The notes below the pieces were generated by a model, which ran no database searches, was not told where the DNA came from, and was given only the letters and a program-made list of their open reading frames with translations. A program made the position numbers and the translations under genes. A stretch of DNA of 64,000 nucleotides from a virus. Its lineage: Duplodnaviria; Caudoviricetes. The DNA lies in IMG/VR virus record IMGVR_UViG_2651869698_000005, positions 1 through 64,000 of that record; one strand, written 5' to 3'. Below, one piece after another: positions 56,583-64,000 of the stretch (positions are counted from its first letter, which is position 1; each line of letters starts with the position of its first letter).

Positions 56583-57164
56583 TCACTTCGGGCCCTGCGG
56601 GAGGTTCTGGACCGACTCGAGGGTCGATGCACCGAGGGCGGGGGCACCGGCTGCTCGGGCCATCGGCTGGTCGAACAGCAGGACGTTCTGGCCGCTGCCG
56701 GCCGTCCATTCGATGTACGCGCCGGTGGTGGCATCTTCGCCGTAGTACGTGGAGCAGTTGGACCCGCTCGAGTAGGTGCCGTCGACGGACGGGCGCGGGG
56801 TGACGACCATCGCGCCGCTCGAGTTGGACTGCACATCGAAGGTGGGGACGAGGCTCGTGCACTTGTCGACGGGCAGGCCCTTGAGGATGAAGTAGCCGAG
56901 GATCTTGCCGTCTGCACCCTGCAGGTAGACGTACGAAAGCTTGCCGGGTGTGCCCCAGGTGTCGATCCAGAAGTTCTTCGTCTCGCGGGTCGGCGAGTAG
57001 CTCATCGTGTGGGCGGGCTGCTTGGCGACGAGGCCGTCGTATGTGCCTGCGACGGAGGCGCGTTCGGTGTTGGCCGAGTCGGTCGTCGACGGGCTCGATG
57101 AGCATCCTGCGAGTACGGCTACGGCGGCCGCGGCGGCGGCGATGGAGGCGGTCAGCTTGCGCAT
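56583..57164 (-). CDS. Lipoprotein
   Basis: Lipobox VLAG-C; PSVDGTYSSG. Confidence 0.7.
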   Translation of the reverse strand: MRKLTASIAAAAAAVAVLAGCSSSPSTTDSANTERASVAGTYDGLVAKQPAHTMSYSPTRETKNFWIDTWGTPGKLSYVYLQGADGKILGYFILKGLPVDKCTSLVPTFDVQSNSSGAMVVTPRPSVDGTYSSGSNCSTYYGEDATTGAYIEWTAGSGQNVLLFDQPMARAAGAPALGASTLESVQNLPQGPK

Positions 57165-57601
57165 GTGGTGTTCTCCTGGGTGGGATCGAGGCGGTACGGC
57201 AGGGCGGATGACTGGAACTGGCCGGCGGTGGCGGTCTTCGCTGCGTCGGCGTTGTACTGGGCGATGTCAGCGATGCGGGAGCCGGTGAGGGCGACGATGT
57301 TCGAGGGGACGGTGTAGGCGCGTTCGCCGGTCAGCCCGGCTGCCTGCTCGGCCTTGAGTGCGGCGAGCGTCGCCTCCTTGCCCTGGATGCTTGCGCAGAG
57401 GTCGAAGAACTGGTCGTAGGCGGCAATGCGGTAGGAGCCGTTGGCGACGATCTTCTCGGTGGCTGCGACGTCCCCGCGGAAGTTGGCGGTTGCCTTCTTG
57501 AACAGGCCGGTTCCGAAGATCAGGACTGCGCCGAGGGCGACGACGATCACTACGGCACCGACCCAGAGGGCGGCGGTTTTGAGCGGGTTCGGCTTGCTCA
57601 T
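57152..57601 (-). CDS. Membrane-anchored protein
   Basis: N-terminal TM helix; YDQFFDLCA...QYNADA. Confidence 0.65.
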   Translation of the reverse strand: MSKPNPLKTAALWVGAVVIVVALGAVLIFGTGLFKKATANFRGDVAATEKIVANGSYRIAAYDQFFDLCASIQGKEATLAALKAEQAAGLTGERAYTVPSNIVALTGSRIADIAQYNADAAKTATAGQFQSSALPYRLDPTQENTTCAS

Positions 57602-59233
57602 GCGGGGGTTCCTTCGGGGGCGTCGGGCTCGGTCTGGGCGGTGGTGGTGAGGGCGGCGATTGCCATGGACGGCATGGAGAAGGCGTCGATGCGCAGCTTG
57701 TTGATGTCGGTTTCGCCTGCGAGGGCGGCGAGGATGGCGTTGACGTTGGCGAGAACGGTGCTGACGTGGACGAGTACTGGCCGGGTGGGATCGGCTTGTT
57801 TGGCGGCTCGTTCGATGCCTTCGCGTTGGGCGCTGGCGACGATGCCTGCGATCTTGTTGCGGCGGAGTGCGTTGTCGACGGTCATGGCGGCTAGTGTGCG
57901 AGATCTGCGGTGTTGGTTACCTTTTCACCGGTAGCGCAGGTGGTGTTCGAGGTGCGGGCAGCCGGTGAAGGGTTCGTGTCCGTGGACGTCGCACTTCCAC
58001 TGCCCTAGCGCGTAGTGATGGAGGCGGGGTTCCTGGATGATGAGGTCGGGGTTCGGGTCGCCGTAGGTTGCCCATGCAGGTAGGACCGGCCACATGGCGG
58101 TGATGTTCTCGGGCGGTCGGCCTTCGCGGGTCAGCGGTACGTCGACGACCTGGCCGTTGAGGGGTCCACCGTCGCAGGGGATCTTCATGAGCGCCGCCAA
58201 TCGTTGCCGGGCACCCATAGCCAGAAGTTGCCGTTCCACTGGTACCAGGCGACGAGGGCGCAGCGTGCGAGCTCAAAGTCGCAGTAGAGCCAGTCGGGGT
58301 GTGTGGCCGAGTACTCGTGCTTCTCGGAATGCTCGACGTACCAGCAGCCGACGGGGATCGGCTGTTTGTCGAGGCTGATGATCGTTTTACCGTCGCGAGG
58401 TCCGCCGAGCAGGGTCATCGGATGCGGCTGCGTCACAGTTCGCCCCATTCATTGCCGCACTTGCATGTTCGGATCACGCTGAATGCCCGTTCGTCAGTGA
58501 AGCCCAGCAGCAACGGTTCGACGCTGGGCTCACGTAGGCCGTGAAGAGCGATTTCTCCGCACTTCGGACAGTCTGTCCAGGCGCTGAAGTTCGATGGCGT
58601 CGACCGGCCGATCGTGTTGTCTCCGATGCGGTCAATTCGCATATAGACGTCTCGGAACAAGTCGAACGAGGATGGCCCGGCTGGTTTGGTTTTCGACCTT
58701 TTGGGGCCTTTCCAGGCAGCGAACGCGAGGGAGACGAAGAACGCGATGACAGCGGCGTAGAGGAACGCTGTGCCAATGCCCTGTTCGGTCACGAGACTCT
58801 CGCTTCGATGTACATGCCGAGGATGATGCCGAGGAGCGCGGATGTCGGCGCGTAGACGACGAAGGCGCGGAACAGGTCGAAGATCATTGGGGGAGCTCCA
58901 ACGGGCCGGAGGCGAGGGTGAAGATCTGATCGAACCGCCGGGTGATCTGCCGGCCGTACGGGGTGCGGATGAGCAGCTCGCCGTCGACTCGGGGGAAGTC
59001 GACGCGGGTGTCGCTGCCGCACTGCCGCATTCGGCCGCGGTAGAGGTCGACGACCACTTGAATGCTGCCGACGACCTGACTTCGGTCTCGACTGTCCTCG
59101 AGGATCAGCATCGACGAGTATCCGCCCGACGCGCTTATCGCTGCCCAGATCGGGCCCTGTAGGCGAGGGAGGACGTAGTGGGGTGTGCGCGGGTAGTTCA
59201 TGCTGATGTAGTCGCCGATGGCGTCGGTGATGC

Positions 59234-59716
59234 TCATGCGGCGATGACCGGCCAAACGAATCGGGTCGTGCGACGCGGGGCGGTCGGACGTACCGCGAAG
59301 TACAGCCCAGTTGCCTCTCCCAGCTCCGCGACGCGCTTCTCGGGGCTCATGCTGATGATCTGCGAATCATCGCCGTACGCGATGCCTGAGAGCGCGTCGA
59401 GGGCCCCTCGGACGAGCTTGTCGAGGTCGGGGCGTTTGACGGCCGGCGGGGTCGGCTTGGTCTTCGGCGTCGCTTTCGGCCGAGGCATGACGAACTCGAG
59501 GTCGATGTGGACGGCTCCGTCGAGGGGCACGTATCCGGCGAAGTGGGCGCGGGCGGCCTCGGCGATGGTTTTCCGCCAGGGCTTGAGCTTCTTCGACGAT
59601 TCGATCATCACGCCGCCTCCGACGTGGCGTTTTGAGCCTTGTGGGGCGGGTAGGCCGGCAACGAACAGCTCGGCGGTCTGTCGACGTACGGGCAGCACGG
59701 TGATGATGGCGGTCAC
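59234..59716 (-). CDS. rusA: RusA-like Holliday junction resolvase
   Basis: PAPQGSKR...LKPWR...PDLDKLVRGALDAL...DDSQI. Confidence 0.9.
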   Translation of the reverse strand: MTAIITVLPVRRQTAELFVAGLPAPQGSKRHVGGGVMIESSKKLKPWRKTIAEAARAHFAGYVPLDGAVHIDLEFVMPRPKATPKTKPTPPAVKRPDLDKLVRGALDALSGIAYGDDSQIISMSPEKRVAELGEATGLYFAVRPTAPRRTTRFVWPVIAA

Positions 59717-60210
59717 TTGCCGTCTTTCGGGTGGCGGTAGCCGTGGATGACGAACGGGTAGACGGGGGTGAAGACGTACGTGCGCAACGCGTCCCAGTCC
59801 TCTTGGCTGCGGTCGTCGTCCCATTCGACTTCGAGGCCGTGCTCGTCGCCGTTCGCCTCGAGCTCGACCGAGTCGTGCTTCGTGGCCGGATCCCAGTACG
59901 CGAATCCGAAGTACTGGCCGTCGGTGCGGCGCTGGATGACTGACATGCAGTTGATGCCGCGGTAGAAGTCGTCGTCGGCGAGGTGGGCCTTGTTGACGCT
60001 GCCGGTGCCGATGACCTTGAACTCGGCTTCGAGCTGCTCGAGGGCGTCGAGGGCGGCCTGCTCGGTGTCGTCGTCGGCGGCCCAGTGGAGTTCTCGGTGG
60101 AGGTCGCCGTCGCGGTAGCCGGCGATGGTTTGGCCGAGGGTGCCGCGGAGGATGACGCGCTCGGGTTCGGCGATGTACTGGGTGAAGTCGGGGGCGATGG
60201 TGGCGGTCAC
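59713..60210 (-). CDS. Hypothetical acidic protein
   Basis: 165 aa, translationally coupled ORF. Confidence 0.6.
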   Translation of the reverse strand: MTATIAPDFTQYIAEPERVILRGTLGQTIAGYRDGDLHRELHWAADDDTEQAALDALEQLEAEFKVIGTGSVNKAHLADDDFYRGINCMSVIQRRTDGQYFGFAYWDPATKHDSVELEANGDEHGLEVEWDDDRSQEDWDALRTYVFTPVYPFVIHGYRHPKDGK

Positions 60211-60642
60211 AAGTAGTCTTTCATCGTTTGACGGTGGATCTGCTGGATGCGGTCGTACGCGCGCTGCAGTTCGACGCCGGATGCTGGCGGGAACGGGTCA
60301 GCGGTGACGTGCCGGCCCCACGCTTCGATGTAGACCGTCTGGCGGGGCGGCAGGGCGAAGTGGACGTGATTGCGATGATCGGCCGGTAGCCGTAGCCGTA
60401 GCCGCGCCTGCCGCTTGAACGGGGCCCTCACTGGCGATGCTTGCCGATGCCGATGGTGGCCCGGTCGGTGACGGCTCGGAACCCCGTGCGGATCCGGTCG
60501 ATCGTCTTGCCGTCGAGGGTGGTGGTCTCGGTGACGATCTGGACCGGGGCGTCGGCGGGCCAGCCGCGGGTGGCGGCCTCGAGCTCGCGGATCTGCGCGA
60601 CGTCGAGGCCGAACCGCTTCTCGGTGTCGTAGCTGTAGTCCA

Positions 60643-61860
60643 TCAGTTGCCCTTGACGTTGAGGATCTGCCGCAGCTCGTGCTCGATGTCGACGAGGGTG
60701 GAGGCGTCAGCCATGACGACGTCGATGCTCTTGTAGGCGTCGGGGATCTCGTCGATGAACTCGGCGCTGTCGCGGTATTCGATGCCGGCCATCCGCTGCC
60801 GCAGGTCGTCCTGGGTGAACAGTTTCTTTGCTTTGGTGCGGGAGAAGACGCGGCCGGCACCGTGCGGGGCGGAGTGGAGGCCCGTGATCGAGCCCTTGCC
60901 GCGGACGACGTAGCTACGGGTGCCCATGCTGCCGGGGATTACGCCTCGGACGCCGTCGTTGGCGTCGATTGCGCCTTTGCGGGTCAGCCAGACGTCCTCG
61001 CCTGCAATGGTTTCGTGGACGGTGTAGTTGTGGTGGGCGTTGACGCGGTCCTTCTCGACGGTCTCGGGGTTGACCTCGAGCCAGTTGGCGAAGATGGAGA
61101 CGAAGCGGTCCATCATCTCGGCGCGGTTGAGGTAGGCGAACTGCTGGGCCCAATGCAACTCGCGGATGTATGCGGCGAACTCGGGGGTGCCCTCGTCGAG
61201 CCAGGCGTGGTCACGGTCGGCCAGTTCGTCACCGGCGGCCGCCCGCTGTTCCTGGGCGATCTTGATGTGCTTCTGGGCGATCTTGTTGCCGACGCCGCGG
61301 CTGCCGGAGTGCAGGAACAGCCACACGGTATCGGTTGCATCCAAGCACAATTCGATGAAGTGGTTGCCTGATCCGAGGGTGCCGAGCTGCTCGCGCCACT
61401 TCGGGGAGTGGGTCAGGTCGACCTCGTGGTAGCGGGCGATGTTCTCGAGCTCGACGATCTTTTCGGCGGTGAACTCGAACGCGGCGAGGGTCTTGTTGTA
61501 GTTGCCGGCCGAGACGGGGATGGAGGCTTCGATCGCCAGCCGCAGCTCACGGAGGCGGCCCGGCAGTCCACGGGAGTCGCCAGGGTAGGGATCGGCTTCG
61601 AGGTCCGCGAGGGTGTAGTTCGTTTCGACGGCGATCATGCCGCAACCGATGTCGACGCCGACGGCCGCCGGGATGACCGCGCCCTTGGTGGGGATGACGG
61701 TGCCGACGGAGGATCCCTTGCCGGCGTGGGCGTCTGGCATCAGGGCAATGTGCGGGTGGACGAACGGCAGCTCGGCGAGGGCGAGGGCCTGCTCGCGGGT
61801 GGTGTCGTCGAGGATGCTGGCGTAGTTGTACAGCTTCGGGGCGATCTGTGTCGGCGTCAT
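60643..61860 (-). CDS. rtcB: RtcB RNA ligase (3'-phosphate / 2',3'-cyclic phosphate)
   Basis: MPDAHAG, GVDIGCG, GTLGSGNHFIE, HSGSRG, HHNY, RKGA, PGSMG, HGAGR, DEIPDAYK. Confidence 0.95.
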   Translation of the reverse strand: MTPTQIAPKLYNYASILDDTTREQALALAELPFVHPHIALMPDAHAGKGSSVGTVIPTKGAVIPAAVGVDIGCGMIAVETNYTLADLEADPYPGDSRGLPGRLRELRLAIEASIPVSAGNYNKTLAAFEFTAEKIVELENIARYHEVDLTHSPKWREQLGTLGSGNHFIELCLDATDTVWLFLHSGSRGVGNKIAQKHIKIAQEQRAAAGDELADRDHAWLDEGTPEFAAYIRELHWAQQFAYLNRAEMMDRFVSIFANWLEVNPETVEKDRVNAHHNYTVHETIAGEDVWLTRKGAIDANDGVRGVIPGSMGTRSYVVRGKGSITGLHSAPHGAGRVFSRTKAKKLFTQDDLRQRMAGIEYRDSAEFIDEIPDAYKSIDVVMADASTLVDIEHELRQILNVKGN

Positions 61861-62129
61861 GCGTTGTCTGCCTTCTCGTTCGGGTTGACGGGTCGGGTCG
61901 TAGCGAGGGCGTCGATCGCTGCCCAGCCGCCACTTTCGTCGAGCATGCCGGTCATTTCGCGGGCGTATTCGCGTGCGGACTGTTCGCTACGGAATCGGCG
62001 ACTCGCGCTGTCCTGGATCTTCGCGAACCGCACGATCCAATCCCAGTTCGGAGCGTCCGGTCGGGGCTTTTCTACGACCTCGATTCGCGTGTCGATGCCG
62101 TCGATGACCTGCACTGCGGTATCGGTCAT
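61857..62129 (-). CDS. Hypothetical protein (paralog A)
   Basis: DGIDTRIEVVEKP...WDWIVRF; tandem duplicate. Confidence 0.7.
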   Translation of the reverse strand: MTDTAVQVIDGIDTRIEVVEKPRPDAPNWDWIVRFAKIQDSASRRFRSEQSAREYAREMTGMLDESGGWAAIDALATTRPVNPNEKADNA

Positions 62130-62392
62130 TCGTTGTCTGCCTTCTCGTTGATTGCGGCGGTCACTTCGGCGGCGTACTCGGCGAGCTGCGCCCATTCGTC
62201 GGAGCTGATGAGTTCGGTGGCCTGGCGGGCGTATTCGCGGGCGACGGCTTCGTTGGGGAAGCGGCGTGCGGCGCTGTTGGGGAGGTCGGTGAAGCGGACG
62301 ATCCAATCCCAGCCGGGGGTGATGGGGTTCGGCTTTTCGAGGACTTCGAGGCGGGTGTCGATGCCGTCGACGATCTCTGCGGTGGCGCTCAT
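62126..62392 (-). CDS. Hypothetical protein (paralog B)
   Basis: DGIDTRLEVLEKP...WDWIVRF; tandem duplicate. Confidence 0.7.
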   Translation of the reverse strand: MSATAEIVDGIDTRLEVLEKPNPITPGWDWIVRFTDLPNSAARRFPNEAVAREYARQATELISSDEWAQLAEYAAEVTAAINEKADNE

Positions 62393-62926
62393 GTGATGCT
62401 GCCTTCTGCTGTGGGCGGGGTGAGGATGCGGGGCTGTTCGGGGTGCCATTGCGACTGCGACCAGTGGCCGGGGTAGCCGTCGTGGACGAGGGTCAGTGGT
62501 GCGTGGTAGTTCAGTAGCGCGATCCAGTTCGCTGCGCCCTCGCGGCCGTGGTTACGCCAGGGCTCAATGGCGCGGTTGGTGCGAGTCCACAGGCGGCCGT
62601 AGCGGTCTCGGACGATCGAACGCTCCCACGGCTCGGCATGTTCGGCCTGCCAGGTGGTCACATGCTCGGGCATCTCAGTAGGGGGTGTGTCGCGGCCGGC
62701 AGCCTGATGCCACCAATCGTCGGCGCTCATAGCGTGACGGTCACTTCCGTGTCGGGGGCGAGGATGAGGTTCTGGGTGCCGCGGCCGGTGCGGGTGCCGA
62801 TCACCACGTGCGAGGGCTTATGGTCGATCGAAAGCACTGAGTACAGCCGCTTCTCATGCTTGATGGTGCAGCCGACCTGGCTGATCGAGAGCTGGGAGGC
62901 GCGGCGTACGGTGCCCGCGGTGGCGC

Positions 62927-63319
62927 TCATGCGGCGACCAGCTGACGGCGGCCGGTACGGATACCGAGCGATGACCGCTTGGCGGAGATCGAGTCGTACG
63001 GGCGGCCGAGAAGGAACGACGCTTCGGCGTGCGTGAGGGTGACGTCGTTGATGGTGACGATCTCGGCGTCGGTCCAGACCTGGTAGGTCTCGGGCTGGCT
63101 GCGGCGCAACTCTTCTCGCTCGATCAGGTCGACGACGTCGGCCTGCTTGACGAACTTCATGCGGCCGGATCGGGGCAGCTTGTAGCTCGGGAGTGAGCCG
63201 TCCCTGACTCGTTTGGTGATGGTCAGGGTGCAGCAGTCAGCGAGGGCGGCGGCGCGGCCGTGCGACAGGTACGTCTCGCGGTTGTGGACGACGATGTCGG
63301 TGGGGAACAGCTCGCTCAT
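62927..63319 (-). CDS. HTH (excisionase/MerR-like) DNA-binding protein
   Basis: YLSHGRAAALADCCTLTITKRVRDGSLPSYK. Confidence 0.65.
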   Translation of the reverse strand: MSELFPTDIVVHNRETYLSHGRAAALADCCTLTITKRVRDGSLPSYKLPRSGRMKFVKQADVVDLIEREELRRSQPETYQVWTDAEIVTINDVTLTHAEASFLLGRPYDSISAKRSSLGIRTGRRQLVAA

Positions 63320-63939
63320 GCGGCGACCTTCTCTGCGAGTTTGGCTGCGCGAGCGAGCTTTCGGACGCATCGGGTGCAGTTGCCGGCCGCCTCGTGGATG
63401 ACGTGGCCGTCGATGGGGTTGGAGCGTCGGGTCATCGGCTCATGGCAGGTGATGCACTCGTCGGGGACGATGGTCCGCACCGACGGGTTGAGGGTGCCTC
63501 CTCGGCGCGCTTTGGTGTAGCAGCCGTGGCAGAGGACGTTTGCGCGGGTGGGTGCGCGGTGAGCGGTGTTGGTGCCGAGGACGATTGGCTCGTCGTCGGG
63601 GACGAAGATGCGCTCGCAGTCGGTGCAGGCTCCGTCGTCGGCGATGTACGGCTCGGGTTCGATGCCGGGGTTGACGATCTGGTTGAGGCGGTAGTAGGTG
63701 TCGATGTCGCCTCGGCAGATCTCGCCGGCTGCGATGACGCCGGATGCGACGCGGGTGCGGGTCTGGCCGGTCCCTGTGCCGGCTGCGAGGGCATCTCGGG
63801 CGCAGTCGAGGAATGCGGCTGCGGGACAGGCGTTTCGGCACTGCGCTTGGGCCCATCGGGTCGCTGGCAGGCGATCCCAGTTCGGGTCTTCTCCTGGTTG
63901 GAGCCAGGAGTTCGGGTTTGTTGTGCAGGGTGCGGTCAC
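63316..63939 (-). CDS. WhiB-like transcription factor with C-terminal zinc-finger motifs
   Basis: C..NPNSW...AQAQCRNACP...DCARDAL...GVIAAG; additional CxxC pairs. Confidence 0.65.
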   Translation of the reverse strand: MTAPCTTNPNSWLQPGEDPNWDRLPATRWAQAQCRNACPAAAFLDCARDALAAGTGTGQTRTRVASGVIAAGEICRGDIDTYYRLNQIVNPGIEPEPYIADDGACTDCERIFVPDDEPIVLGTNTAHRAPTRANVLCHGCYTKARRGGTLNPSVRTIVPDECITCHEPMTRRSNPIDGHVIHEAAGNCTRCVRKLARAAKLAEKVAA

Positions 63940-64000
63940 AGGGTTCGTGGGCCTTCTTGGCAGAGGGGCGGTTCCGGCTTGCAGAACGAGTATGCGTTAC

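Overview
This window is a large part of a high-GC (roughly 65-70% by eye) actinobacteriophage genome with siphovirus architecture. An M23-amidase-LGFP lysin and mycobacteriophage-like minor tail genes point to a Corynebacteriales host such as Rhodococcus, Gordonia or Nocardia. Layout: a HicA/HTH toxin-antitoxin-like pair (1-710); a + strand cluster of small early genes driven by a repeated promoter-operator motif (839-4503); a complete - strand virion and lysis operon from terminase to minor tails (4680-34274); five tRNAs and two basic histone-like genes (34.8-36.1 kb); a 7-deazaguanine DNA-modification cluster (parB-like, dpdA-like, queC, HNH, queD, queE, folE; 38.1-43.3 kb); and a nucleotide-metabolism/counter-defence arm (thyX, nucleotidases, a NARP1-like Nampt + PRPP-synthetase pair, RNA ligase, RtcB, RusA, WhiB). 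The most striking observation is in a conserved, probably essential minor tail gene. It is interrupted by a 61-nt out-of-frame gap bounded by matching TGG codons, and the gap folds into one long hairpin. This is a candidate programmed translational bypass or non-canonical mini-intron. No integrase, repressor or DNA polymerase is visible in the window. Family assignments come from recalled motifs, not from database searches.
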